Positions 42,911 through 53,811 are shown, counted from the stretch's first letter. The stretch: DNA of 64,000 nucleotides from an uncultured Gemmatimonadales bacterium (GCA_963809895.1 CAWELD010000003.1:3618772-3682771); one strand, 5' to 3'. Notes: generated by a model from the letters alone, not told the origin. Program-made: numbers and translations.

Positions 42911-43653
42911 CACTCCTTGTCCGTCGGCGCGGCGGGCATCAGAGACGCCAGCATCGCGTTGAATTGTCGTAGCTCCGTCTGGGTGATCACCTGCAGGTCG
43001 TTCATGCTGGAGAGCATCACGTTCAGGTCCGCGCGCCGGCGGCGGTCGATCTCGTCGAAGGCCGAGTTGATGGCGGTGCCGACCTGCTCTCCCATGGCGG
43101 CGTTCTGGTCGTTGAGCGCCTGATCCACCGCGGCGAGCACGTCGCGGCGATCCTGCTCGCGTCCGCTGCGCATCAGCGCTTCCAGGTAGTCCACGGTCTG
43201 CGTGAGGCTCTGATCGAGATCGTCGCGCGTCACCAGCGCCGATGCCGGACTCGCCGAGGGCGCGGACGACCCGAGGGCGAGACGCATGCTCCCGTCCGCG
43301 GCCATCTGGAAGCGGAGGAACGGAGCCGACGCCAGGAAGACGAGGATGACCGCGGCGGCTGCTGCCAGCGATGGCAGGAAGGATCCGAACCGGCCCCGGC
43401 GCCCCGGCCGCGCGCCGTCCCTGCCCGCGTCGGAATCCCCCGGAGGCCCGTTCACGTAGACCATGCGCGGAACCGTGCCCACGTCCGCCCACTCCCCCAG
43501 CAACTCGCGCGTCGAGGTCAGGGCTTCGAACTCCGTCCGGCACGCCTCGCAGGTGGCCAGATGGGCGCGGGTCTCCGCCAACTCGTGGGGATCGCCGTCG
43601 TCGTAGAGCAGCGCCACCAGCCGCTCTTCTCGTCCTGCGCACTCAGCGCTCAT
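42910..43653 (-). CDS. Zinc-finger (ZAS, zf-HC2) anti-sigma factor
   Basis: HLATCEAC motif, one TM helix, coupled to the sigma gene. Confidence 0.88.
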   Translation of the reverse strand: MSAECAGREERLVALLYDDGDPHELAETRAHLATCEACRTEFEALTSTRELLGEWADVGTVPRMVYVNGPPGDSDAGRDGARPGRRGRFGSFLPSLAAAAAVILVFLASAPFLRFQMAADGSMRLALGSSAPSASPASALVTRDDLDQSLTQTVDYLEALMRSGREQDRRDVLAAVDQALNDQNAAMGEQVGTAINSAFDEIDRRRRADLNVMLSSMNDLQVITQTELRQFNAMLASLMPAAPTDKE

Positions 43654-44300
43654 GACACGTCTCCTGGTCCATCCTTCGTCCAGCCCTCCTCCTCGAGTTG
43701 CTGCCGCATTCTGCGCAGCCCCCGGTAGAGGCGGGCCTTCACCGTGTTCTCCGGCACGTCCAGCACCTCCGAGATCTCCCGGAACGTCAGCGCCTGGTAT
43801 TCCTTGAGCAGGATCACCACCCGCTGATCCTCGGAGACCCCGTCCAGCAGGCGTCTGACCAGCCTTTTCCGATCCTCCGCCTCCACTCCCGCGTCCGGTC
43901 CCGGTCCCTCGTCGGCGAGCCGGTCCTTCAAGGGGACCTTCCTGCCCGACGCGCTCGCGGAGTCGTCGTGGAGCGAGAGCAGCGGAAGCCGCTTCCTGCG
44001 CAGATGGTCCTTGCACAGGTTCACCGCGACCTGATAGAGCCAGGTGCTGAAGGCTCCGCGGTGCGAGTAGCCCCCGATGGAGCGCATCACGCGCACGAAG
44101 GTGTCCTGCACCAGGTCCTCGGCCAGCTCGGCGTTGCCCACGTACCTGTGGACGAAGCCGAACAACGGCCGCTCCCATCTCCACACCAGGAGGTTGAAGG
44201 CCGCCGCATCGCCCTGCTGGCATTGCTCGATGAGCTGCGCCTCCTGGGCGCTGCCACTCTCGATCCGGCGGGCTTCGGCTCTGCTGCCCGGTAGTCCCAT
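43650..44300 (-). CDS. ECF sigma factor
   Basis: AEDLVQDTF, FSTWLYQVAVNLC, EISEVLDVPENTVKARLYRG; start uncertain. Confidence 0.92.
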   Translation of the reverse strand: MGLPGSRAEARRIESGSAQEAQLIEQCQQGDAAAFNLLVWRWERPLFGFVHRYVGNAELAEDLVQDTFVRVMRSIGGYSHRGAFSTWLYQVAVNLCKDHLRRKRLPLLSLHDDSASASGRKVPLKDRLADEGPGPDAGVEAEDRKRLVRRLLDGVSEDQRVVILLKEYQALTFREISEVLDVPENTVKARLYRGLRRMRQQLEEEGWTKDGPGDVS

Positions 44301-44482
44301 CCGCTCCGCGCTCGTGTCGTCAGGCCTGACGTCATCCGCTCTCACCCTTTGAGAACGAGGGTGGGCGGGGAATAGTTGCGGGGGGATGGGGCGTCGCGTC
44401 CAGCCATCCCTTCGCCCACGCGCGCCCCCCATCGTTGTAGGCCCGCAGACAGCTCGGTAGCTTGCTGGAGGGAGGGGATGCC

Positions 44483-45064
44483 ATGGAGCCACAGGGCACG
44501 CGCAAGCGCTGGACCTACGCGGAATTCGCGCGGCTGCCGAGCGAGGGCAGCACGCGCTACGAGGTCATCGACGACGAGCTCGTCGTGACCCCGGGGCCTG
44601 GTCGCAGGCACCAGCGCATCTCCATGGACCTGGCCACGGCGCTCAACCGCTTCGTCCGGGACCACGATCTGGGGGAGGCCTATCACGCGCCCTTCGACGT
44701 CCTGTTCGCCGACGGCGACTACATGGAGCCGGACCTCGTGTTCGTGCGGAAGGAGCGGCTGCACGTGCTCTCGGACCGCGGCGTCGAGGGCCCGCCTGAT
44801 CTGATCGTGGAGATCACCTCGCCGTCGACGGCCGACCGGGACCGCGGCATCAAGCTGGAGCGCTACCGGCTCTTCGGCGTCGCCGAGTACTGGGTGGTGG
44901 ACCCCGACGCCTGCACGGTCGAGGTGTGGGATCTCGCGTCAGGCGCGACGCAGCCCCTGACGCTCGGGTCGGGAGGGCGGCTCACGTGGAGACCTGCGCG
45001 TGCGAAGGTCGCGCTGGAGATCGAGTTGGGGGAGCTGTTCGGGGGCGGATCTTCCGCTCCTTGA
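44483..45064 (+). CDS. Uma2 family endonuclease
   Basis: WTYAEF..LP, EPDLVF, PDLIVEITSPST, EYWVVDP. Confidence 0.92.
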   Translation: MEPQGTRKRWTYAEFARLPSEGSTRYEVIDDELVVTPGPGRRHQRISMDLATALNRFVRDHDLGEAYHAPFDVLFADGDYMEPDLVFVRKERLHVLSDRGVEGPPDLIVEITSPSTADRDRGIKLERYRLFGVAEYWVVDPDACTVEVWDLASGATQPLTLGSGGRLTWRPARAKVALEIELGELFGGGSSAP

Positions 45065-45070
45065 GACCCC

Positions 45071-45655
45071 TCACTCCCCCCCGAAACACAACCGCTGGTG
45101 GTCTTGCAGGGGTTCGGGCGCGGTGCGGTCGGGCTCGACGATCCCTTCGGCCTCCTGTCCGCCGCTCGAGCCGACTACGTTGACGACGGCCTTGAAGCTC
45201 GAGGGAGCATCGACGAGGGCGAGCGCCAGATCGGGGTTCATGAGCGCGGCCCGTCCGAATTGGATGAGCGAGGTCACGGTCGTGCCGGGGTCGCTCTTGT
45301 CGATGTCGGTCCAGGTGGGAGTCTGCGCCGGCACCCGGCTCACCACCGAGACGCTGAGCACGTCGAAGCTCAGGTCGCCGGCCGGGCGGTACACGCCCCG
45401 GTAATGAACGATCGCGTCATCGGATCCGGGCTCTGGCGGGTCGATCCGGAACTGGACCTGGCCGACGGCGGCCGTGGACCCCGCCTCACGCAGGATCGCG
45501 TGGAGCTTCAGGGTGCAACTGGCATCGGCCGCCTGGATCTCTGCGTAGGAGGAGACGACGCCGGAAAGGGCATCGGGCTGGGTCGGCGAGCCTTCGCCGC
45601 ACGCCGCGAAGAGGACACCCAGCAGGACCGGGAGGGGGGCGAGGGGGAATCTCAT
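45071..45655 (-). CDS. Hypothetical lipoprotein
   Basis: Lipobox FAAC; AAGGAG RBS. Confidence 0.65.
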   Translation of the reverse strand: MRFPLAPLPVLLGVLFAACGEGSPTQPDALSGVVSSYAEIQAADASCTLKLHAILREAGSTAAVGQVQFRIDPPEPGSDDAIVHYRGVYRPAGDLSFDVLSVSVVSRVPAQTPTWTDIDKSDPGTTVTSLIQFGRAALMNPDLALALVDAPSSFKAVVNVVGSSGGQEAEGIVEPDRTAPEPLQDHQRLCFGGE

Positions 45656-45890
45656 GGCGATGCTCCTTGAAGTCTGCGGCTACCGGCTCCGAGGCCACAA
45701 CTCCGGCAGCCCTTTCAACTCTACCGCGCCGAAGTCCCGGACGTCCAGCGTGGCGAGAGAGGACTTGTCACGCAGGGCCCGCACGCCGGCGCAGGTCGGT
45801 AGCCGGGCCCGCACCTCCGCTGCGTCCCGGCGCCGCGCCTGGTAGGTTGCATGTACGTCGATCCATCCATCCCGCCAGGAGGCGTCGCCC

Positions 45891-47300
45891 GTGGGATCCC
45901 GCCGACGCGTACCCGGCCGAACGCCGCCGGCTCCGACCTCCGATCCGCCGCTCCGGGTCCTCCTGGTGTCGCCCAAGGGACCTCTGTATCGGCACCGCGG
46001 CGGGATCTTCCGGCGCTCGCTGCGCTACATGCCGCTGACCTTTCCCACCCTGGCCTCGCTCGTGCCGGACGATGTGCCCGTCCACCTCACCTGCGTCGAC
46101 GAGGGCATCGAGGACGTGGACCCGGAGGTCGAGGCCGACCTCGTGGGCATGACGGTGATCACGGGCACGGCGCCCCGGGCGTACGAGCTGGCGGCGGGGT
46201 TCCGGCAACGTGGCATTCCGGTGGTGCTCGGCGGGCCCCACGTCACCCTGGTGCCCGACGACGCGGCGCCCCACGCCGACGCCATCGTGGTGGGGTACGC
46301 CGAGGAAAGCTGGCCTCGCCTCCTCCGCGACCTGCGCGCGGGCCGCCTCCAGCGGCGCTACGACCAGCGCCCGGACCTGGATCTCTCGGGCCTCCCGCTC
46401 CCCGACCGCTCGGTGCTTCCCCGGTCGCGCTACCTGACGTCTCACGTCTTCGAAGCCACCCGGGGATGCGTCCACGCGTGCGACTTCTGCGTCGTGCCCA
46501 GCGCGTGGGGCCGCAGGCCCCTCCAGAAGCCCGTGGAGGACGTGGTCCGGGACCTCCGCGGCCAGGGCGGGAAGGACGCCGTGTTCGTCGATCTCAACAT
46601 CATCGCCGACACCGCCTACGCCGAGCGGCTCTTCCGGGCCCTCGTTCCTCTCCGCATCCGCTGGTACGGTCTCGCCACCACCCTCCTGTGCCGCGACCTG
46701 CCGCTCCTGGACCTGGCGGCCGAGAGCGGGTGCCGCGGGCTGCTCATGGGGCTCGAGTCCATCTCGGCCGAGGCGCTCCGCCGCTCACGCAAGGGCTTCA
46801 ACGACCCGGCGGCGTACGTCCAGGTCGTGGAACGGCTCCACGCTCGGGGCATCGCGCTCCAGGGCTGCTTCGTCTTCGGCATGGACGGCGAGGGGCCCGA
46901 CGTCTTCGACCGCACCGCCGACTTCGCGGTCGAGGCCGGCATCGACCTCCCCCGCTTCGCCGTCCTCACGCCCTTCCCGGGCACGCCTCTCTTCAGCCGT
47001 CTCGAGGCCCAGGGCCGCATCCTGACGCGCGATTGGGAGCTCTACGACGGGCAACACGTCGTCTTCCAGCCCCAGGGGATGTCGCCTGCGGAGCTCCGCG
47101 AAGGGACCGAGCGCGCCTGGAAGCGTGCGTACGGCTGGAGCGGGATGTTCCGGCGACTCCGCCGCACCGCCGCGCCACTCCACGTGGCCCTCACCACCAA
47201 CCTGGGCTATCGTCATTACGCCTGGAATCTGGACCGTTTCTACACCTGTGACGTGATGGTGGGAGGGGGGAGGGCGCAATCGGTGGCTTCGGCGGGGTAG
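45891..47300 (+). CDS. B12-binding radical SAM enzyme 1 (start uncertain, possibly ATG 45851 with an indel)
   Basis: N-terminal cobalamin-binding domain (VVLGGPHVT), TRGCVHACDFC, GLES, TPFPGT. Confidence 0.92.
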   Translation: MGSRRRVPGRTPPAPTSDPPLRVLLVSPKGPLYRHRGGIFRRSLRYMPLTFPTLASLVPDDVPVHLTCVDEGIEDVDPEVEADLVGMTVITGTAPRAYELAAGFRQRGIPVVLGGPHVTLVPDDAAPHADAIVVGYAEESWPRLLRDLRAGRLQRRYDQRPDLDLSGLPLPDRSVLPRSRYLTSHVFEATRGCVHACDFCVVPSAWGRRPLQKPVEDVVRDLRGQGGKDAVFVDLNIIADTAYAERLFRALVPLRIRWYGLATTLLCRDLPLLDLAAESGCRGLLMGLESISAEALRRSRKGFNDPAAYVQVVERLHARGIALQGCFVFGMDGEGPDVFDRTADFAVEAGIDLPRFAVLTPFPGTPLFSRLEAQGRILTRDWELYDGQHVVFQPQGMSPAELREGTERAWKRAYGWSGMFRRLRRTAAPLHVALTTNLGYRHYAWNLDRFYTCDVMVGGGRAQSVASAG

Positions 47301-47398
47301 GCGAGGACGTCGGGGCCCTCCCACATCGGCCCCCACGGGTGTCACGGCGGCTGACTGCCCGTATCTTGCCATCGAGCACTCCCGCCCCGAGGTCCAGC

Positions 47399-48769
47399 AT
47401 GCCCCGCTCCCGCCCCTTCCGGCTCACCATCGTCCACCCGTGCGTGGGGCGGTATCCCGGCATGAAGCGCTACATCCGCACGTGGCGCATGGCCCCGCTG
47501 CCCGCTGCGGCCGTGGCCGCCATGACGCCGACGGGCGTCGAGAAGCGTTTCTACGACGATCGCCTCGAGACCATCCCCTACGACGAGCCCACCGACCTGG
47601 TGGCGCTGAGCGTCGAGACGTACACGGCCCGGCGCGCCTACCAGATCGCCAGCGAGTACCGGCGCCGCGGCGTCCCGGTGGTCATGGGCGGCTTCCACGC
47701 CACGCTGTGTCCCGACGAGGTGGGGCGGTACGCGGACTCGGTGGTGGTGGGCGAGGGGGAGGAGGTATTTCCGGAGGTGGTGGACGACTACCGCCACGGC
47801 ACGCCCCGGAAGCTCTACCGGGCCTCCGGCCGGCCGGCACGCATCGCCCGGCCCGACCGCTCCATCTTCCGCGGCAAACGCTACCTCCCGATCGGGCTCG
47901 TGGAGTTCGCCCGGGGATGCCGCTTCCGGTGCGACTTCTGCGCCATTCAATCGTTCTTCGACTCGACGCAGACCCACCGTGGCATCGACGACGTGCTCGC
48001 CGAGGTCGACGAGGTCCGACGCCCGCGCCAGATGATCTTCTTCGTGGACGACAACATCATGTCGGACCTCGACGCGGCGAAGGAGCTCATGCGCGCCCTC
48101 ATCCCCCTGGGGATTCGCTGGGTGAGCCAGTCGAGCATCAACGTGGCGTACGACGAGGAGGCCCTCGACCTCATGCGACGGAGCGGATGCCAGGGGGTAC
48201 TGGTGGGCTTCGAGAGCCTCGATCCCGAGAGCCTGAGGGAGATGCGCAAGTCGTTCAACCTCATGAAGGGTGGCCCCCGTCAGGCCATGGCCAACTTCCG
48301 GCGCCACGGGCTGCGCATCTACGGCACGTTCATCTTCGGCTACGATCACGACGGGCCCGAAACCTTCGCGCGGGCCCTGGACTTCGCCCGGGAGGAATCC
48401 CTCTTCATCGCTGCCTTCAATCACATCACGCCCTTCCCGGGCACGCCCCTGTATCGGCGCATGGCCGAGGAGGGCAGGCTGCTCTGGGACGCGTGGTGGC
48501 TGGACGAGGCCTACCGCTACAACATGGTGCCGTTCCGCCCGGCCCGGATGGCTCCCGACGAGTTGGCCCGGCGCTGCGTCGAGGCGCGCCGGAGCTTCTA
48601 CGCCTGGCGCAGCATCCTGAAGCGGGGTTGGCGGCGGGTGAACCGGGCCGGGCCGTTCATGCTGGCCAACTACCTGGTCATCAACGCCATGCACCAGCGT
48701 GACGTGGAGGGCAGGAACGGGCTGCCGCTGGGGGATGCCGCGTGGCGCGGGCCGTTGCTGGAAGCGTGA
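47399..48769 (+). CDS. B12-binding radical SAM enzyme 2
   Basis: VVMGGFHAT, ARGCRFRCDFC, FVDDN, GFES, TPFPGT. Confidence 0.93.
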   Translation: MPRSRPFRLTIVHPCVGRYPGMKRYIRTWRMAPLPAAAVAAMTPTGVEKRFYDDRLETIPYDEPTDLVALSVETYTARRAYQIASEYRRRGVPVVMGGFHATLCPDEVGRYADSVVVGEGEEVFPEVVDDYRHGTPRKLYRASGRPARIARPDRSIFRGKRYLPIGLVEFARGCRFRCDFCAIQSFFDSTQTHRGIDDVLAEVDEVRRPRQMIFFVDDNIMSDLDAAKELMRALIPLGIRWVSQSSINVAYDEEALDLMRRSGCQGVLVGFESLDPESLREMRKSFNLMKGGPRQAMANFRRHGLRIYGTFIFGYDHDGPETFARALDFAREESLFIAAFNHITPFPGTPLYRRMAEEGRLLWDAWWLDEAYRYNMVPFRPARMAPDELARRCVEARRSFYAWRSILKRGWRRVNRAGPFMLANYLVINAMHQRDVEGRNGLPLGDAAWRGPLLEA

Positions 48770-48770
48770 G

Positions 48771-49947
48771 ATGACGGCCATGGATGCAGCGGCCGCGCCG
48801 TCGCGGGCCGACGCGAGTCTTCGACGGGGGATTCTGCGCTGCGAGCTCGCCACCGAGACCGACGACGCCAGCCTCCGGGCGCTCCTTCGGGACACGCCCA
48901 TGGAGGGATGGGTCCGTCTCGCCTTTCCCCGGGAGCCATCGTTCTTCGGTTCGGCGATCCTCGAGGGCGAGCACGCCGGTACCGTCGTGATCCGTCGCGG
49001 TCCGGGCGGCACCGTGGTGGCCCTGGGAAGCCGAGCCGTCAAGGAGGTGTGGTGGAAGGGGCGGCCGGCCCGCCTGGGCTATCTGGGTCAGCTCCGCTTT
49101 GCCCGGGGCTGGAAGCCGGGTCGGCGTACGCTGGCCCGGGCCTACGAGTTGGTGCGGGGCTGCCGAGCCCCCGACGAGCTTCCCTTCGACCTCACCTCCA
49201 TCGTGGCCGACAACGAGCCGGCCCGGAGGCTGCTGGAAAGGGGGTTGCCGGGGTTGCCGCGATACACGCCGCTGGCGGAGCTGGTCACAGTGGTGGTGCC
49301 GGCCCGAGATGGCCGCCCAGCCCGGCACGGAATCCGGGTGGAGGAGGGCCGGTCCGACCCGACCACGGGCGGGCTCGGCCCACTTCGGCGAGATGGCCCG
49401 GCGGCTGGAACAGACCGGACGCGCCCGTCGCCTCGCCCCGCGGTGGAGCCCGGATAGCCTCCTGGAACTGGCCGCCGGCCGACTGGGAGCCTGGACTCCG
49501 CTGGTGGCGCGAGAGGAAGGACGTGTCGTCGGGAGCGCCGCGGTGTGGGACCAGCGGGCGCTCCGCCAGTGCGTGGTCGCCGGCTACGCGTCATGGATGG
49601 CACGGGTACGGCCGCTGCTCTCGGGTGCCCTGCGCATCGTAGGTAGGCCGGCGCTGCCCCCGCCCGGCGCCGAGCTGCGTCTGGGCTACCTGTCCCACGT
49701 GTCGGCCGACGATCCCGAGGTCGTGGAGAGGTTGCTGACGGCGGCCCGAGCCACGGCGGCGCGCCGGGGGCTCGAGCATCTGGCGCTGGCGTTTCCAGCG
49801 GGCCGCCCCGAGCTGGAGCGGATCCAGCGGCGCATCGGCGGCCACACCTACCGGAGCGTCCTCTACGCGGTGCACGATCCGGAGGTCGAGGGGGATTGGG
49901 AGGCGTTGCACGAGGGGAACCTCGAGGTGGAGGTCGCCACCCTGTGA
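48771..49947 (+). CDS. Tandem GNAT-like protein (frameshift ~49380)
   Basis: REPSFF...GYLGQLRF...TSIVADN..ARRLL pattern; C-half in ORF 49099-49947 ending EVATL. Confidence 0.6.
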
Positions 49948-50642
49948 GAGGCCGTCTCGTCGCCCGGAAAGACCTGCGCTCCGCCGACGTGGACGCCATG
50001 TACCGGCTCCTGGACCGGCACTTCGCCGGCGTGGGCCGGGCGGGCTTCGAGGCGGACCTGGCGGACAAGGGCTGGGCGGTGCTCGTGGAAGGGACCGAGA
50101 GGCTCGTCGGGTTCAGTACGTTCCGCCTCGATCGCGAGCGGGTGCGCGGTGAGGACGCCACCGTGGTCTTCTCCGGTGACACCATCGTCGAGCCCGAGGC
50201 CTGGGGCTCCAGGGCCCTCCCTCGCACCTGGATCCAGTCCGTGCGCTCGCTGCACGAGGCCGTGGGCGGGGGGCCCGTGTGGTGGCTTCTCCTGACGTCG
50301 GGCTTCCGCACCTACCGGTTCCTGCCGGTCTTCTGCCGCGCGTACCACTCGGGCCCGGCCACCGAGGGGGATGAGCTGGGAGAGGTGGCCGCCTGCCTGG
50401 CGCGCCGCCGCTTCGGCGACCGGTACGACGCAGCTACGGGTATCGTCCGCCTGCCTCGTCCCCAGCGGCTGCGCCGGCCGCTTCTGGAGATTCCGCCGGG
50501 TCGGCGTGAGGATCCCCATGTGCGGCGGTTCCTGGAGCTCAACCCCGGTCACGCCCGGGGTGACGAGCTGGTCTCCGTGGCTCCGCTGGACGACGCCAAC
50601 CTCACCCGCGCGGGCCGCCGCATGCTCGATGGGGCGGCGTGA
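49944..50642 (+). CDS. GNAT-like hypothetical protein
   Basis: LVGFST, VFSGDTIV, WLLLTSGFRTYRFL, FLELNPG..GDEL; GTGA overlaps at both ends. Confidence 0.65.
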   Translation: MRGRLVARKDLRSADVDAMYRLLDRHFAGVGRAGFEADLADKGWAVLVEGTERLVGFSTFRLDRERVRGEDATVVFSGDTIVEPEAWGSRALPRTWIQSVRSLHEAVGGGPVWWLLLTSGFRTYRFLPVFCRAYHSGPATEGDELGEVAACLARRRFGDRYDAATGIVRLPRPQRLRRPLLEIPPGRREDPHVRRFLELNPGHARGDELVSVAPLDDANLTRAGRRMLDGAA

Positions 50643-52349
50643 GGCGCTTCGTGTCGGGTGCGGCGTGTCGGACGGTACACACGGCCTGGAGCGCGTGGAG
50701 TCGACCCCGGGCCCGGGCGTTCGAGCGCGCCCTCCGCGATCCCGAGGCCGAGCAATGGCGCATCCTCCAGCGCCTGCTGCACCGCAATCGCGAATGTGCG
50801 TGGGGGCGGCGCCACGGCTTCGCCTCCATCGCGAGCGTGCAGGAATACCGGCAGCGGGTGCCGCTGGTGACCTACGACGAGCTCCTGCCCTGGATCGACC
50901 GGATCCGGGCGGGCGAGAGGGCGGTGCTCACAAGCGAGCCGGTGCGCCGTCTCGTCCCCAGCAGCGGCTCGACGGCGGCGTGCAAGCTCATCCCGTGGAC
51001 CCGGTCGTTCGCCGCGGAGTGGAACCGGGCGGTCCAGCCGTGGATCCACGACCTCTTTCGGCGGAATCCGGGCGTGAGGCGAGGTCCGGCGTACTGGTCC
51101 GTCTCGCCGGGCATGGACCTCGAGGAGGAGGGGTCCTCCCAGGTGCCGGTCGGGTTCGACGGCGACAGCGCCTACGTGAGCGGGCTCCTGGCTCCCCTCG
51201 TGCGGGCCACTCTTGCGGTGCCCGAGGAGGTCCGCTTCGCGCGCGATCCCGAGGATTTCCACTACCTGACGGCGCTGGGTCTGCGTGCGCTCCGCCGACC
51301 TGCGGCTGGTGTCGGTCTGGCATCCCTCCTTCCTGGAATTGATCCTCGACGCCATCAAGAGGTACTGGCCGGGGCTGATCCGCGACGTGGCGGCCGGGGA
51401 GGTTACGTTGCCGTCGGGAGCAGCGGCCAGGGGAGACTCTCGCCGCGCGCCGACGCGCCCGCCCGCGGCCGACCGTGGGCTCGAGACCGTCCTGCGGGCC
51501 TGGCGCCGTCCGGATCCCGCCCGGGCCCGCGCGCTGGAACGGGCGGGTCCCGAGGCCTACGGATCGCTGTGGCCTCGTCTGTCCGTGGTGAGCTGCTGGG
51601 CCGACGGGCCCTCGGCCGGGGCGGCCACGGCTCTTCGGCGGCGGCTGAGCGTCGGCACCCACCAACCGAAAGGGCTGTTGGCCACCGAGGGGGTCGTGAC
51701 CGTGCCGTTCGGCGGCGCGTGGCCCGTGGCCGTGCGGTCCCACTTCCTGGAGTTTCTGGACCGGGGCGGCAGCCCCCACACGGTGGCGGACCTCGCGGAG
51801 GGCGAGATGTACGAGGTGGTCCTCACCACGGGAGCCGGGCTCTACCGCTACCGACTCGGCGATCGGGTGCGGGTCGAGGGATTCCTGGAGCGCACTCCCT
51901 GTCTGCGCTTCGTGGGAAAGGAGGACCGGATCTCCGACCTGTGCGGGGAGAAGCTGAGCGACGGGTTCGTGGCCGGGGTGCTGGAGGATGCCCTGGGCCC
52001 CGAATCGCCGGCCTTCGCCATGCTGGCGCCCGATGGTCGGCCCGACGAGGCTCCCGGATACACGCTCTTCATCGAGGCCGCCGGCGATTTGCCTCGCGAC
52101 CTGGCCGCTCGCCTCGACGCGGCCCTGTCGGCCAATCCGCACTACCGATATGCCCGGAGGCTCGGCCAGCTGCGTCCCCCTGAGGTCTTCCGCGTCGCCC
52201 GCGGCGGGCAGGTGGCCTATCTGGAGCGTGAGATTGCCCGGGGGGCTCGGGCCGGCGACGTGAAGGCCACGGCCCTCAGCACTCTGAAAGACTGGAGCCG
52301 ACACCTCGAAGGAGCATACTTCACCCCGATGGCAAGGAGGACTCGATGA
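50639..52349 (+). CDS. GH3-family acyl-adenylate/amide ligase (frameshift ~51290)
   Basis: VPLVTYDEL.PWI, PSSGST...KLIP, GLLATEG, YEVVLTTGAGLYRYRLGD, GEKL, NPHY. Confidence 0.85.
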
Positions 52350-52771
52350 AGATCCGGACCTTCAAACTGTTCGCGAGCGTCGTGGGGATCTACCACATCA
52401 TCCTGGGCATCGCGGCCCTGGTGTTCCCGGTGGCCACGATGGGCTCCACGGTCAAGCTCTTCCTGGGCTTCTCGCCGACGATGACGGACCAGTTCGTCCT
52501 GGTGTCCAAGTTCACGGGGGTCTATGTGCTCGCCTTCGGGCTCATGGTGTCGCTGATCGCGCGCGACCCGGAGAAGTACTCCGTGTTCATCACACCCGTC
52601 CTCGTGCTCTTCGCGATCCGCCTGGCCAACAAGCTGATCTTCTTCAACCAGATCGGCGTGGAACTCGGTGTGTCCACGGCGCGGAACATCCTGGCTGTGG
52701 TGTTCGTGGCCGTCTTCTTCTTCGGGATGCTCCTCACCGCGCCCCCGAGGTTCTGGAAGGCCCGGAGCTGA
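52346..52771 (+). CDS. Small integral membrane protein (~4 TM)
   Basis: Four hydrophobic segments; ATGA overlap with GH3. Confidence 0.75.
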   Translation: MKIRTFKLFASVVGIYHIILGIAALVFPVATMGSTVKLFLGFSPTMTDQFVLVSKFTGVYVLAFGLMVSLIARDPEKYSVFITPVLVLFAIRLANKLIFFNQIGVELGVSTARNILAVVFVAVFFFGMLLTAPPRFWKARS

Positions 52772-53811
52772 TGGAGCGACCGAGAATCCCCGAATCCAAC
52801 CGGGTGCGGGCGCAACAGCGGCGCGCGAGCCGGGAGATCACCCAGGGGATCGAGGGCGAAATCGAGCGACTGCACCGCCTTGACGCCTGGGAGCGGACCA
52901 AGGAGGTGGCGTTCTTCGCGGCGCTCTACGGCCTCGGTGCCAGTCTCGCGCTCTACGGGCGTGGGGTCATCCCCCCGCTTCTGGCGATTCTGCTCATGGG
53001 GCTCGCGCTCAACTCCCTCCCGATCCTCCTTCACGAGGGTCTGCACGGCCTCCTCGCCAGGGATCCGCGGATCAACCACGCACTGAGCTTCCTGGTCGGG
53101 CTGCCCATCCTCATGTCTGCGACGGCGTATCAGAAGACCCACAACGACCACCACTATGAGCTCGGCAGGAGCCTGGACTACGGCACCTATCGCCAGCACA
53201 TGAAGAACGCCGGCCTCGTGTGGGTCGCCTATTTCGTTCAGTTGGTGGCGGGCAGCGTCGTGTACATGATCTTCATTCCGATCCTGGGCTTTCGCGCGGC
53301 GTCCTGGAGATCTCGATGGGTGATCGTCGCCGAGTACGCGGTCATCCTGGCGGTGGCGGCCACTGTGATCACCGTGGTCTCGAAGCAGAGCCTGCTCCTC
53401 TTCTGGCTCTATCCCATGCTCGTCCTGAACGTGCTGACCAACGTTCGGGGGCTGGCCTCACACGCGTTGGGGGATCCCGAGAACCTCTATCTGTCGAGCC
53501 GGACCGTGACCTGTTCTCCCCTCGTCTCGCGCCTCCTGCTTCGGGAGAACTATCACCTCGAGCACCATCTCTTTCCCACGATGCCGAGCTACCACCTGCC
53601 GCAAGCCCACCGGCTCATCTGGCACCGTCTGCCCGAGGCGCTCTACTCGGCGTCGTACCTGGACTTTCTCCGCACCTTCTTTCGGGCGGCGCTCCGGTGG
53701 GTGTCGAAGTCGGAAGCTCCCGCCGACGGAGAGGAGAGCGAGTCCCGACTTCAGGTGTCCGGGGGGCCGCGGGTGCTCCGGTCGTCCGCGCTTCCACCGC
53801 AACTCCGATGA
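52771..53811 (+). CDS. Membrane fatty acid desaturase-family di-iron enzyme
   Basis: His boxes HEGLH, HNDHH, YHLEHH; TGATG coupling. Confidence 0.9.
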   Translation: MERPRIPESNRVRAQQRRASREITQGIEGEIERLHRLDAWERTKEVAFFAALYGLGASLALYGRGVIPPLLAILLMGLALNSLPILLHEGLHGLLARDPRINHALSFLVGLPILMSATAYQKTHNDHHYELGRSLDYGTYRQHMKNAGLVWVAYFVQLVAGSVVYMIFIPILGFRAASWRSRWVIVAEYAVILAVAATVITVVSKQSLLLFWLYPMLVLNVLTNVRGLASHALGDPENLYLSSRTVTCSPLVSRLLLRENYHLEHHLFPTMPSYHLPQAHRLIWHRLPEALYSASYLDFLRTFFRAALRWVSKSEAPADGEESESRLQVSGGPRVLRSSALPPQLR

